From positions 20,834,001 to 20,898,000 of the forward strand of contig CM119372.1 in NCBI GenBank assembly GCA_051294905.1: a DNA stretch of 64,000 nt, in the 5' to 3' direction. The first letter of the stretch is position 1, and each line of letters starts with the position of its first letter. The DNA is from Botryllus schlosseri. Taxonomy: Eukaryota. The notes beneath the pieces are model-generated. The model was not told the origin of the DNA. It was given only the letters and a program-made list of their open reading frames with translations, and did no database searches. Shown here in pieces: positions 26,801 through 40,264 of the stretch. Made by a program: the position numbers and the translations under genes.

Positions 26801-29800
26801 AGCGATCGATATGCCTGTAACACCAAGTCGCGAAAGATGGTTATGTCCGAGACATTATCTTGTCAGCGATCGCGGGGTTTTGTAAACTATTTCACACATT
26901 TTTGAAGTGTTAGTTTGTGAACGCGGTTATTGTTGATATTCGAATCGCCGTCTACGCCGACTCTGTGGTAAACTAATTACCAAAATATTACCTCGGAAGT
27001 GACTCCTAGATTTAGCAAACTATTTCGCACTGAATGGAATAGTGTAATAATCGATAGTAGCACGCGGTTGGCCGTGAAACAATTCAGCGCGCAGGTCATT
27101 CGAAATATAGGTCGCACTGCTTAATCCTCACAACAAGCCACGTTTCCGTTTGTGCGGTTATTGTTGGTGACTCGTAGATATTGAACACCACGCGAGAGAT
27201 GCTTGAAAGTGCGAATCACGACCGCACCCATAAGAACACATGGTGAATCAGTAGAGACCGTGTAATAATACACGACGATATACACATTAACAAAGGTTCA
27301 TTCACATGACTATTTACTTGATACATATTCAACACGAAGTACGACATGCCAACAACGAAGCCGCGTGCGACCGCTGTCTATGCTGAAAAGGGTTACCGTG
27401 CGACCACAAGACACAATAGCCGCTCGCCACCCCCGCCATAAGACATAAAAGCCGCTCGCCACCCCCGGTTTCTCGTTAGCTCGCCTCCCCGCCCATAAGA
27501 CGAAAACGTTAGCTCGCCACCCCCGCCATAAGACGAAAACATTAGTTCGCCACCCCCGCCATAAGACGAAAACGTTAGTTCGCCACCCCCGGTTTCTCGT
27601 TAGCTCGCCACCCCGCCCATAAGAACCAATGGCCGCATGCGACCGATCTACTATACTACTTATGCATATACACACCCAGCTATATCAGTAGTTCTTAACC
27701 TGGCTGGTACCGATCGAACCTCATGGGTTGTTCGGCGGGGGTCAAGCATATAAGATAATCATACCTATTGTTACAAGATATCTGGGCGAGCGATAGGCCT
27801 ACTATACGAGTATGGTAGATGTGACAGCGAGGACAAACAGCGGAGTTTGATGCGGAAATGATATCGCGCAATCCTGAAATCTTGTCAAGGTTGGTCAGTA
27901 GGGTTGTTCAAAAATAACTTTTTTTCCAGATTTCAGTCATTCACTGATTAAATTGTCAGGTTACCCTAATAAAGGCTGCACATCAAATTTGGTTCAACTC
28001 TAACAAGTATAAGCCGTCGCAGAGCCAATTTAAAATTTTGATTTATTAAGAAAAAATAAAATTGGAAATTATCTGTCAACCCCATGAAACTGTTGAGTTG
28101 TCTTTAAAAACGATGCAAAACAAATTTGACTCAATTCCAACCAGTAGAAGCGGAGTTATTTGAGTTTTTCGTTGATAATTCTCGGATTATCCTTGATTGA
28201 TTTGACCTTTTTCCGAGTGTCATCTATGAAACTCGAGATTGTAGTAATGTTGTCTGTACGTTTGTGGCTTTCTGTATTTAGAAACGGTGTACTTGGTATC
28301 TCCCCGGGAATCGGAGACATAGGAACCATACAGTGGAAACTTCTTCTCTGTCTTATAGGCACCTGGATTGCTATATATTTTTGCATATGGAAAGGTATCG
28401 AATGGACTAGCAAAGTAAGATGATAGTTTTGATTTACAAAAGGGAGGGAATGACAACGATATATTCTGCATTCAGATTGTATATGTGACAGCTTCTTTTC
28501 CACTGTTGATGCTTTTGGTTTTGCTTGTACGGGGACTCACCCTTGACGGTGCCGTAGATGGAATAGTATTCTATCTGAGGCCAGACCTGGCAAGGCTGGG
28601 TGATATTCAGGTATATCATTGTATTTGACCTGCATAATTACTGCATTCATTAATTTCGATGCAAATCAGATTCGCTTTGCCTTTTTAATGTAGTAATCCT
28701 AATCCATATATCTATTTATCGTAATCAAAGACTGTTGGATAAAACCATCTGGTTCTGGGTGGATGGTGATCAATGTTGACTGTTGGGTATCGACACACGA
28801 ACCTAATTTGACTAGGCTGCTCTGAAATCTGCATTTTACATTGGACGACCTGAATGTTCTTGACTCTGAAACCTCTCCACATATTTTGGTATCATTAAAA
28901 TCGAGATAATCAAAACCAGCAGACCAAAAGTTCTGCAGCTTTAATTCAAGGTACAACGCGATGATATTTACGCGGCTCATGCACGCACTTTCGACTGCAT
29001 GTATACGTACGACCCCAATGTAACTTTCCGTACCAAATGCGAGGTCAATCAGGTGCTTCAGGTCATTATCATGTGATCACGCCCCGTATAGTAACGTAAC
29101 CCATTTATATTGCTATATATATTTAATATTAGTATATTCTAGTTATTGTTACCGCGATGAGTGGGATTCTTCCGAATGTCCCGAAAGTGGAAATTTGAGT
29201 CTTTTACATAATTTGATTTCCAGGTGTGGTTAGATGCAGCCGCACAAGTTTTCTTTTCGTACGCCCTTTGCAAGGGAATGATGACAACAATGGGAAGCTA
29301 CAATCAGTATAGATATAACAGCTACAGGTGTGAATATATCTATGTTTGTTATATTTCACCTGTATAGCAAAGAAAGTAGACCAGTCGTTCTCAACCGCGG
29401 GGGTCCGCAAAACCTCTAAATTTGTAAAATGATTGCTAACCTATAATTTGTATTTTTTTTAAATAGGGAAGGCATGAGACAGTTTCGATTGATAATTGCT
29501 AAAACTTCAGGACTCAGATCATTAGAATGGTCGTCTGAGATAAAATATTCTACTGTGCAAACCCATTTCAGTTGCCAAATTGCCAATAGCCTTCACTCTA
29601 CTGCTCTACAGATACAAACATATTGCTGTTTAGAGACGTTTTGTTGGGTCATCTGAAATAGAAATTCCTGATTTTTCCCTATATTCTATCCCAATGAAGG
29701 GATTGAAACCTCGCCACGAAATCCATTTTCTCCTGTGATATACATAACAGTGGCGGCTCGTGACAATATCAGGTGGTGGGGCAAGGGCTGCAAGCGACTT

Positions 29801-32800
29801 TTTATCAAGATGACGTGACAATGGCGTTTTCCAACGTAAACAAGTAGGTTGTCAAGTCAAGGTTGTCAAGGTTGTCAGTAGGTTATCAAGATGACGTGAC
29901 AATGGCGTTTTCCAACGTAAACAAGTAGGGTTACCATACGTCCTCTTTTAAGAGGATTTGTCCTCTTTTTTGACTTTTTTGAAAGTGTCCTCGGAGGACG
30001 CCCTTTTGTCCTCTTTTTTGAGATTTTGTCCGCTCCGGCGGGTATTTCGGAGTGAAAAACGGTTATTTTAGCTCTGGGTGGAAAGATGACCTATTTTTTA
30101 GTTATCCACCTAGCAATGCGGGAAGAAAAACGGTACTTTGAGCTCTGAGCGGAAAAGATGACCTTTTTTTTTAGTCAACCGATCACAAAGTGGGAAAAAT
30201 TCACCGGTTTTTGAAAATTCTTCTCCGGTTTTGCAAGTCTCAAATTTCTGGAAAAGTGTCCTCTTTTTAGATTTCCAAAATATGGTAAGCCTATGTTACG
30301 GTAACATGAATTTCCCGACAACAGTGATTTTAACGTATGTGCCACGAGAGGTCTGCCGGTGAGCTGTGACTTGAAGTGTGGTAACTGCGTAAACGGCGTA
30401 CGGAACAAAGATTCAACACGGTTCATGTTCGCACTAGACCTGACTAATTATCTGCAGAAATGGAAATGACTATATAACTCGAGAGATTGCGTAAGCCTAA
30501 TTGGAAAGGTCAACGAGTTCGGACACCAACGCAATTGTTATCTCATACATTGGGCCTGTCATATTGAATCCAAAGCACCAGTCTGAAGAACTAAGAATAG
30601 CAGCCTCGGAAATTCGGTCTCGGTACAGCATAGGAGATTTTGGCCTTGAAACTGGAGACTGTAACACGACACATATGGCTTTATTACTGTCTATAGGTCT
30701 GCTGCGAAATCGCATTTGAAAAATATATTACCGAATGTATACGTGGATGAAAGCCGTACACTGTTACATGACATCATCTGCCCTAATCATTGAGTGTCAA
30801 CCTTGAGACTTGGCACAGCGTTCGATACTAAAATCAAAACACACCGTGCAAAAGCTCATGACAGATCTAGGTAAGGAGCATCGTTAAAATCAATAGAGAC
30901 CAATACCGGCTTTGCGTAAAATCTGTTCGCGATAAATGACGAGTCGGCTCTCACTCGACTTAGGAAGCGAAATTACCACTAACATAGTTCAGTGACAAAC
31001 TTAAAACTTGGTACAGCGTTCGATACTAACATTAAGACTTACCGTGCCAAATGTCATAACCTATATCAGTATTGAACATCGTCAAAATCAATGGATACCA
31101 ATACCGGCTTTTGAGTAAAATCTGTTTGCGATACATGACGGATCAGCACACACTCAACTTCGGAAACGGAATTACTACCCTAAACTTTAAGTAGAAACCC
31201 TGAAACTTGAGGCAATGTTAAATAACACCATCACGACATGACACACCAAGTTTCAAGAGTTTTCATGGTGTGAAACACCATCAAAATCGACCTATACCAG
31301 CAAAGGTCGACTAAACGCATATGACGGTAACCGAGTTCAGATATAGATACGATTGTTACATCACACCTTAGGGGCACAGACCTATTGTGCCCCGGTTGCT
31401 CGGTAATTTTATGAATAGGAGAGAGCAAATCCCCGTTTCTTTATTGTGCGCGGCTTTGAGAGAATAGACAGTGAAAGCTTGTTATGAGCGCTACCGGGGC
31501 ATGCCCCGGCTAGGCATTCGCAAAGCGAAAACACAGAAGAGAATTCGATTTTCGCAGAGACTTCGCTATACATGGGCATTTACAAGCGAAAGGACAAGAA
31601 GAATATGATTTTCGCTGTGATTTCGGTATATATAGATTGTTGTGCGTCTATAACTGGTAAAGAATTGTTATTGAACAGAATTTTAGGTGGGGCAATGCCC
31701 CAGTTGCCCTATAGGACGAGCCGCCACTGATACATAACCACTATTCCAGAATAACATCAGGGTGAGGAGCTAGATAGAAATAACTAAGCTGGACGTTAGT
31801 CGTCATGTGTTCGTCAACAACGCTGTTTCTCAATTTCGGTGCCATATGTGTTGCGATCACACCAAAAGGTGTCGTCGGAAGCGTTACGCGTTAATATTAC
31901 ATTCGCCAGCACCTATTTTTGTGGAAATATTTTCGGTACTCGTTCATACCAAATCGAAGACGCGGATTTTCAAGACAATAAATACGGCCGCAAATTTCGC
32001 TTCGAAATAATAAAGGTCCGCGAAGACAAAAAGATTGAGAACCACTGAAGTAGACTATATGATTTGCGATATGTTTCATTTCACTACTTTAAAAGTTTTG
32101 CGTGTGTGTGTGTTACGAGCGAGTCTAAATCGCGTCAACCAGGGAAGACATCGTACTAACGTTTACCATTGCCGGATCTATTTCATTCTGGCATTTCGGA
32201 TCAAATATCGGGTCTCCACTTCGTTATAGATGGCCATTGGCCATACCGAGGTCACCCACACAATTACTTACTAGAAACATTTGACATGATGTTCAACGTA
32301 TCATGATCGAAATTTGTCACTCCCACAGCATATTGTCGGAAAATAGCAAGCTACTCTCTTCTGTGTATATCTGCTCTTAAGGTTGTAAACATATCATAAT
32401 CGGGATACGGGAGTATTTTGAGACGTGGCTATATGTTAGACGTGTCTGTCCCATAAATGCTTGTTACTCTTTTCGATAGCCGCAGTCTATATTACAATTC
32501 TTGCAGTAGTTGTGGCATGAGGCTCGGTTGCGAATGTATCGTATTCGCCGTACTTGTGTGATGATCAGGTACCTCGTTGTATTTAACATTCAGATATCCT
32601 TTGTGATCTTATCACCAATGTTCGAACAACTCAAGGTGTTGTCGTACTGGAATCACTGTCGCCATGCTATTTCATCACCTTCGACCGATTAACGGATGAT
32701 TCAATGCTTAAATAAAATGCTTTCCCGAATCCAGGCTATATATATTTATGTATGTGTGGTTAGTGGTTACGCCGCAGAATCATCATATGCTATGTAACTG

Positions 32801-35800
32801 GTCCAAATAGCGCCTGCAAAATCCTAACCATCGGGAATAGTCTGATTTAACCGGATACAAGCCATATAGGCCAACATGTAACATTCAATTGAGCTCATTG
32901 ATACATAACTTCGCAATGTTTCAGAGATTGCATATTTTTGGCACTTTTCAACAGCGGTGTAAGCTTCGTGTCAGGATTCGCGATTTTCTCAATACTCGGA
33001 TTCATGGCAAAAGAGCAAGTAAGCAGAATTAGAGCCCGACCGATATTGGATTTTTGGGCCGATACCGATAAAACCGATATCTAACATCTTCACCGATAAC
33101 ACCGATATATTCAGCCGATATTCAAATAAAGGGGAATCTACCTCAAAAGGCGCATTTTCAAAACTTCAGAGCATTTATTTCAACAACTTTACAGCCATTG
33201 TCATACTTGAACATGAAATAGACTAGAAAGGATGCATCTGGGCACTTCGAAAGTGTAAGCTGTACGAAATATAGCAATATTCCCAGTCTAGCGGTAAAGA
33301 ATTATAGTTTACCGACTTCCTACCATCATGTTGTGACGTCACGAAAATGGCCGATATTTTATCAGCTCCAATGGCCGATACCGATAATTCTTTCAAAGTG
33401 TAATATCGACTCGATATTATCGGCGAACCGATAATCGGTCGGGCTCCAAGCAGGATACATTCGATTCGCTACATTGTATATCAATATGAATATTGTGTAG
33501 TCGACATAGGTGACTATACTTTGATCAGATACTCCTTCGCGGTTGAACCATTTATTGATAATCAATTCCCGCTCTTTCCGATGTACCAGGGTCAGAACAT
33601 TACGGAAGTAGCTGAATCCGGGCCCGGTTTGGCGTTCATCGCCTATCCTAAAGCTCTCAACTTGATGCCATTGCCTCAATTTTGGGGATGTCTGTTCTTC
33701 CTTATGATTTTTATTCTTGGAATCGATAGTCAGGTGAGTCGTCTATACATAGTGCTACACAATTAAATCAATTTGCCCATGCTCACATGAATGGCCTACA
33801 AATCAGACGGAGTTATGCGTAAATGATGCGATGTTCCTGTATTTAGTTAGCGTCAAATTACTACATGTCTATTGTCTATATCAGTGATTCCCAACGTGCG
33901 GGCCATTATGAGAAACAAGGGGGCGAAAATCCCAAAGGGGGCAACTGGGGGGGGGGCGAAAATATTAAAACGTCCTGCTGTGAGATAGATTTAATTACCA
34001 CGGCCAAAAAAATACACGTTAAAATTGTTTACAAAGTCAAAAAAAATTTTGTCACCTGCATTTCGTTTGTATCGTAAACGCTTGCACTGTCGATGAGCTT
34101 ATCATATGACATTTTGCAGCTTTTAGCCTTCGTTATAGGCCTAACGTTGTAGACGGCATATTATTTGGTAATTGTGAATCATAAACGGTCAAATGAATCA
34201 AATAGGTTGACATTGAGTTATGCTGAACGTACCGCAATATTCTAACTTTAGCAAAGCTGCGTGGGCATGGGTTCTTATACAAAGAAGCGCATGATGAAAA
34301 ATTGTGATGTAGAGAACATTGTCAGAATGAAGCAACACGCTGTGTCACCAGCAGTGTACGCACAATTTCAGCTGCTGTTGCTGAACGTTCTTTCTCCATT
34401 CTTGGCAAGCTACTTAGTAAGGACAGACAGTTCCAACAAGAAATGAAGATAAGTAGTACAATTCTAACATGAGGTCAAACTAATTGACCTCACGGCCGTA
34501 TCGCAACTCCGTCGTCAAAGCATCTCGATGGTGCAGGCGAAAAAGAATATCATATCTCTCTCTCTCTCTCTCCATCATATCTGATAATTAAGCTTATTTG
34601 GTTCAAAACCTATAACCTCCGAGCACATTGCATAATGCACGGATTGCACACACCTGTCACACTTACATATGATTTTCAGTTCGTCGCTCAGGAGACGCTG
34701 ATGGCCGCTTTCGTAGACTTGAATCCGAAATTTTTCAAGAAAGCCTGGAGAAAAGAAACGTTTCTAGCACTTCTCTGCCTCACGCAATTTGTCGTCGGAA
34801 TTAGCATGGTCACAAATGTACGTATAGACTTGTACGAATATTGTGACAGGAGCTAACCGCATTTGTTTGTTATATGAAATTAATTTGAAATATTTATATG
34901 CTCTCACATTGGTAGCAGAAGGACCAGTGTCTCCGCATACGCCTGGCCATCGCTAGAATATATCAAAACTGAGTTCCGCAATTTTCGATGTAGGGTGGAG
35001 TTTACGTGTTGAATATATTCGATAACTACGGCGCGGCCGGATGGTCTGTTGTACTCATAGCATTCTGTGAATGCGCTTCCGTGGCCTGGATTTTTGGGAT
35101 TGACAAATTCTGGAATCGTGTTTGCGATATGATTGGATATCGGCCATACCCATGGTTCAAATGGTGTTGGATGGCATTGACACCGATAGCATGCTCAGTA
35201 AGTACTAATAACAGTTGACATTTCAAATATAAATTTTGGCGATGAGGCTGATACAAATAGTACGAAAATACCATATGTAGGCTATTCTCCATATGCCTAT
35301 TTTACAGTTGACTTATATAATGTATTGCAAACAGGTTGTGTTCGTTGCAAGTCTAGCTACATATAAACCTTTCACTTACAAACTGACGCATCGAACCTAC
35401 ACCTATCCTCCGTGGTCCGTCGGCGTAGCTTGGCTAATCGCGATGTCAGGAATGATTTGGATACCGGGATACGCAGCGTATAGCTTCATTTCAGCAAAAG
35501 GAACCGTTAAGGAGGTATTAAATATGAGATAAATTCTCCGAAGCTAGCATCTACGAAGCTTGCTCATTCCAGAAATTAAAGAAGATAACAACTTCTGAAT
35601 TGATCGAGCCATCTGTTGAAAAGTGCAGTTCCATCGGTAATATATTTATACACAATACATGTCTAAAATACAAGCCCCGATATTTAATCCCCGCCAAGTG
35701 CACCGAGTAAAAACTCAAACACCAAGGACGACCGCTGCACCGCCGTATCGTATTAACGATTATCACACGTACTCCTATTTTCCCTTACTCCATTTCCGGC

Positions 35801-37730
35801 CGGGAACATCGATGATCGATAACACGTACCTCTTATAACTGGAACATTTTGCTACTGTCCGCATAATAGCAAGCAAAGCAAGCAAGTAAATATTACTCAT
35901 TGTGCATATGCCGATCTGAACCCTTATAAGTTCGCATCAGAGTAGAGGTTCCCAAACTAGGTGTCGCGACTGCAATGGGGTCGTTTGCTTATTGTCTGGG
36001 GTCGTGGAGACGAAAATTAAATACCAATGACATTAGAAGAATGTCAATTAAGCGACTCATTTCTGAATATTTTAGTTCATTTTTCAAAATAGAATGGAAA
36101 ACTATTGCGAATCATGCAAACAAGGTATCAGATCAGCCGAAGCGGCCTTTAAAGCGCCAACTCCTATGGCGCAAGGTTGGTGTCTGGTACGGATGGTGCG
36201 AACCCCTAAAAGGTTCAGTTTCGTGCGAACGCGAACCTTTTTGAAAGGTTCTGTGCGAACTGCGAACGCGAACGTGAACCTTGTGACGTCACGTGACGCC
36301 ACATTGCCAATCCCAACCCTACATTTCAGGCCACATAAGCCACAATGCTTAATTAAGTACTTGCGGACGTTTTAAACGTCCCCAAATATGTCAACCTGTG
36401 AGCAATCAAATGCTATAATAAAATCAATATCTTCCGTCGCTTTGCCAACAATTTCGACGGGGACTTACAAGGGAACATAAGCTTACGCCTTAACGGTGTA
36501 GGCCAGACCGCACAATGTATTCGGCGCTTGACTATTGCTACATTGGTATTGAGCAGAGTGTAAAACGGGTTTCTGTACTTGCAACCGATATTAGCCTACC
36601 CCATAAACAAGTTATACAGTAGCCAACATCCCAATCGCATTGATTTGGTTTTTATGATGCAAACATATCAAATCAAGATTGATCCCATGCGCCTGCTAGA
36701 TTTTCTTTTACGTTAGACAACGACGATGTCTTCTATGTGTCAATTTCACTGATTGTTGGAATAAGCACTATTCGCTGACTCCCCAAATGTAATTTATTTC
36801 GTTCCTGATGTTGTGTTATTGCGGGTCATGCTCACAGCAGAGAGTCACGATAATATCCACAAACGGGAAGCTGAATATTTCGAGCGAACTTTTGTAACAA
36901 AGAAAGTGAAATATTTGAGATTGGCAAGGTGCATGCTCGTTGAGTGTTGATTTTTTTGATGCTGACAGTGCCATGCATAGAGTTGTCCGAAGTTTATTGC
37001 AAAGAATTTCAACCAAAGATGTTATAATGACATGAAAAATTGTAATATATGAAAAAGGTTCACAGTCCAGAACGCATCAAGGTTCGTTTGTGAACGTGAA
37101 CCTCACGTTCACACCATCCCTAGTGTCTGGTCATTAGTATGATCAATTAAAGTGTCGGGATAGCATATAGAAAGCAACAGGACGGTTATTTTCCTTACTG
37201 AAAATTACAAGAATCCATATGTGTTAACAAAATAATACATTCACAGGAGATACGTAGGCTAATGATCACGTAAATAAACACGTAGTAATCAGCTCTCCAA
37301 ACTGAGAGGTGGGGTCGCGAAACAATTTCTAATCGAAATTTGGGGTCGCGACCATAAAAAGTTTGAAAACCACTGATCTATAGTTTCAATCTCGCGATGT
37401 CGTATGAATGATCAATCTGATGACACGCAATTTTGAAAAATTTAAACCGCCTTATCGGGTTTAGGTTACGTGACTCTCGACGATTTCACACAATACGTAT
37501 CGGCTGAGTAAGGCATAGTATACTGGCCCATCGTCGCGACATCATGGCTGAAGCAAGCGTTGTCTACGCGACATATGCTATATTTTAAAATGCTATACTA
37601 TAGAATAGAAATAGAATACATAACATCAGAAAATAATGTTTTTATTCTTACAGGCAATGGTTGTTCTCCAATCAAATATGAGTCAGAGGAATTGGCTCAA
37701 CTCTATCAGCAAGTCAAGTCGGAAACCTAA
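11812..37730 (+). CDS. SLC6 Na+/Cl- dependent transporter of the taurine/GABA/betaine group (TauT-like TM1)
   Basis: Exons 11812-11938, 11998-12129, 13357-13594, 28282-28414, 28476-28610, 29224-29327, 32925-33018, 33590-33733, 34680-34817, 34994-35197, 35335-35514, then probable 35573-35636 and 37654-37730 (stop). All GT-AG and in phase. Motifs [63 protein letters not shown] at 37851. The last two exons are less certain. Confidence 0.92.
13658..13860 (+). repeat. Subterminal GC-rich ~33-bp tandem repeats of the Polinton-like element (mirror at ~27421-27623)
   Basis: Unit CTTATGGCGGGGGTGGCGA(A/G)CTAACGTTTTCGT with interspersed AACGAGAAACCGGGGGTGGCGA variants. Confidence 0.9.
14280..15015 (+). 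repeat. Degenerate ~200-240-bp direct repeats inside the arm (mirror ~26266-27001)
   Basis: Anchor GGTAATATTTTGGTAATTAGTTT...CACAGA..CGGCGTAGACGG.GATTC recurs near 14289, 14516, 14712 (partial) and 14952. Confidence 0.75.
19070..19420 (+). repeat. ~40-42-bp tandem array inside the arm (mirror ~21861-22211)
   Basis: About 8 units like TTTCACTTGGAAATCTATTTTTTCCCTGGGTAACAAACCTT. Confidence 0.85.
29748..31729. mobile_element. hAT-type non-autonomous element in an SLC6 intron, containing a nested TAGGG MITE (~29926-30293) and ~200-bp internal repeats
   Basis: TIR CAGTGGCGGCTCGT...ACGAGCCGCCACTG; perfect TSD ATACATAA at 29740-29747 and 31730-31737. Confidence 0.85.
33030..33448. mobile_element. 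CCGATA-rich MITE, 11 nt after an SLC6 exon end
   Basis: TIR TAGAGCCCGACCGAT...ATCGGTCGGGCTCCA; flanks AGCAGAAT/AGCAGGAT (7/8 TSD). Confidence 0.75.
36190..37122. mobile_element. GAACC/GTTC-rich MITE (partial sibling near 4260-4400)
   Basis: Ends GGATGGTGCGAACC...GTTCACACCATCCCTA; shares GAACGCGAACCTTTTTGAAAGGTTCTGTGCGAAC with the 4260 copy. Confidence 0.65.
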
Positions 37731-38797
37731 GCACTCAACAAATGTTCAATTGTGTACCTATTGCATAGGCTACCTCGATATTTCTGCTGTATATTGATGA
37801 GTGACTATAAAATTGACAATATCACAAAAATATATTTTTTACTGAATTTGAATAAAAGTTTTGAACTAGGCAAATGGTACGAACTCGAGTCGTGAACTTA
37901 TTGCTGATTCGTATCATTCCATTCCAGAGGTGAAGAAAGTTGTTGCTGGGGCTTCTCAAGTAGAAGTATAGAGAAGTAATGCAGTATATTATGCTCAGTG
38001 GCTCGTTACGTAGCGACAGAAAAAGCGGGTTTTAAGGTATGCCAGATCTAGTTGAAGTGGAAGTAGAAAACGAAAAGTTGAAAAACTACTCGAATAAGAT
38101 AGTTGAAGAAGTTGATTGGGAAGAGGTGTTATACAAACTTCTGTTAGTCAATCACCCACAAAAATGACTTAAATTTGTTAAATACATATTTGTGATGCAG
38201 AGTATTTCAAAAAAGTAGAAACACCTTTTCGTTAGCCTACTGACTTCCTTTGTTCCATTCATGGCAAATTGTGTGTGACTCCAACAGTAATTAACTTGCT
38301 ACTTCATAAGTACCGTTGAAATGAATGTGTCGGATTCCCTCCATATAGCATGCGTGTGCTGGATAATCCAGGTAATTGATAAGCTGAGCGATATTCAACA
38401 ACCTTAATGCACTCATCGGCTATCCCGTGATTTATCATCGCAGACAAATGACTTAACCATGGTGGGGGTTGATGGGAAAGAGTTTTGAGGATGATTCCAG
38501 CCGTCATATTTCATTTGCTGTTGTTTTTATGTTTCGTTTTGAGTTAAATCCATTTTCTGGTTACATTTTATCGATTTTTTTACCCCACTCCCCAATTGAA
38601 AGGAAATTCACCCAGGAGTAATTCATCCCAGCGCGCTCTATATGCTTCAATAAATACAGAAAAAGGCATTAATCTTTCTTATTTTTCGCCCTCGACAAAT
38701 AATCTAACGACCAACGTCGACTACAGCAGATGCTTTCAATCTTCTTTCAACCTTTTGCAATCATCGTTCCAAATATGGGTTGTGAGCAGGTCTAGAA

Positions 38798-40264
38798 CAG
38801 GGGTGGGCAAACTACGGCCCGCGGGCCGCATGCGGCCCACAAGACCGTTCTGTGCGGCCCGAGGGACTCTGAAGATACTTATTAAAAATATTGATAAAAT
38901 CGAAGTAATTCAGGGTCTCGATTAAACTTTTTCTTACTATATATCACCATGATAATTGTAGAGCCGTGGTTCTCAAACTGGGGGGTGCCACTTGGGGGCG
39001 TGAAAGCATCTGAAGGGGTCGCGAAGCTGAGCGCGAAGTTATTGCGCTAGCTATTGCTTTGTATTTAGTATGAATTTCATATTTAAAAATCTCACATCTA
39101 CGGTCGTAACCTTTCATGCCATCAAACTATCCGCCAGGTTTGCTAGCATCCTGGTTGCGTTTTGTGATATGACGGTAAGGGGGCGCGAAATCCTTCACCA
39201 TCAGAAGAGGGGGGGGCGTGTCTTAAAAAGTTTGACAACCACTGTTCCCAGTGTGGAGCTCTGGCCCCTTCTCTCTCATGTCTGTATATCACGTGACTTA
39301 TATCTTTCTTCTCGCTACCACGTGACTTACCATTTATCAGCTCGTGCATTTCAATTACAAACTAGACTCATCTGCGATATCCTACTGTATATTCCATGCA
39401 TATTCGACCAATATATCTATCTGAGGCAATACTGTCATTGCATTCACGGTTGAAGTTGTCAGATCAAGGACTTAACGCAGGAACGTGCGTCTTACTACCC
39501 ACGAGCTAAGTATATCCACCCAGACACAAATTGCGTGGGACTCAGGTTACAACTCTAGCAGGTATCAGACGACACACCCTTCTGCACCAGGTAAATACTT
39601 CCTACATTACTTTTTGTGTTTAATTTTTGTCGCGACAGCTCGATCTGAAGGCCCACGCAGTTTGAAAGGTTTCAACTGCTAATCATCACAGAATTCCTAA
39701 ACGAGATTTACATAATTCGGATCACGAGTGTGATTTCAGATCGGCCACTCCAGTTCTAATTATTTCAGTGATGTGCTTATAAAATAAGATTCGTGCATGT
39801 CTTAGGGAGATTCGTTCTGTGTGAGTGTAGAATTTGGGTATTTATATTTTATATACACATAGTAGAAGCGCGTTAAGCTAACATGGTTAAGATGCTGTCA
39901 GCATTGTGTGTCCTGGAACTGAACCAAAAGTAAAATAAGTAAGTAAAGTAAGTAAACCTATGAACAGAACGCTGCTCACAGATTTCAATCATGATCTTAG
40001 AATAGGGATATAACCGACTGGCATCTCTATCGTTTTGACAACCAGCGTATGAAATCTCGCCACTGTTTCTGACGCTGTACGATATCATCAAAGCAATGTT
40101 TGGTTTGTTTTTGAATAAACATATACATCATCCCCATATCCTCACTATATAATCAAATACCAATATTGCATTTTTGTTTATAATCCCGATTTTATATAGT
40201 GTGGCCCGCGAATGAATTCAGATGTTGAATGCGGCCTGCTGGCTCAGAAGTTTGCCCACCCCTG
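38798..40264. mobile_element. CAGGGG-ended hAT MITE with an internal MITE (~38965-39244)
   Basis: TIR CAGGGGTGGGCAAAC...GTTTGCCCACCCCTG; TSD GTCTAGAA (38790-38797) versus GTCTAGAG (43072-43079, displaced by the next insertion). Confidence 0.8.

Larger units (their letters stand above)
13621..27660. mobile_element. Giant palindromic non-autonomous Polinton/Maverick-like element (14,040 bp)
   Basis: Position i pairs with 41281-i across 13621-20173 / 21108-27660 with no net indel. Termini AGTAGTATAGTAG...CTACTATACTACT; 6-bp TSD TATGCA at 13615-13620 and 27661-27666. No ORF over ~125 aa in the ORF track. Confidence 0.85.

Noticed and set aside
13621..27660. Assembly artefact explanation for the giant palindrome
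   Set aside because: Disfavoured but not excluded: symmetry ends exactly at TE-like termini with a 6-bp TSD, the arms differ at several sites, and the host gene continues collinearly on both sides.
38304..38780. Protein-like minus-strand fragments
   Set aside because: Interrupted by stops, with no recognisable motif or consistent splice structure.
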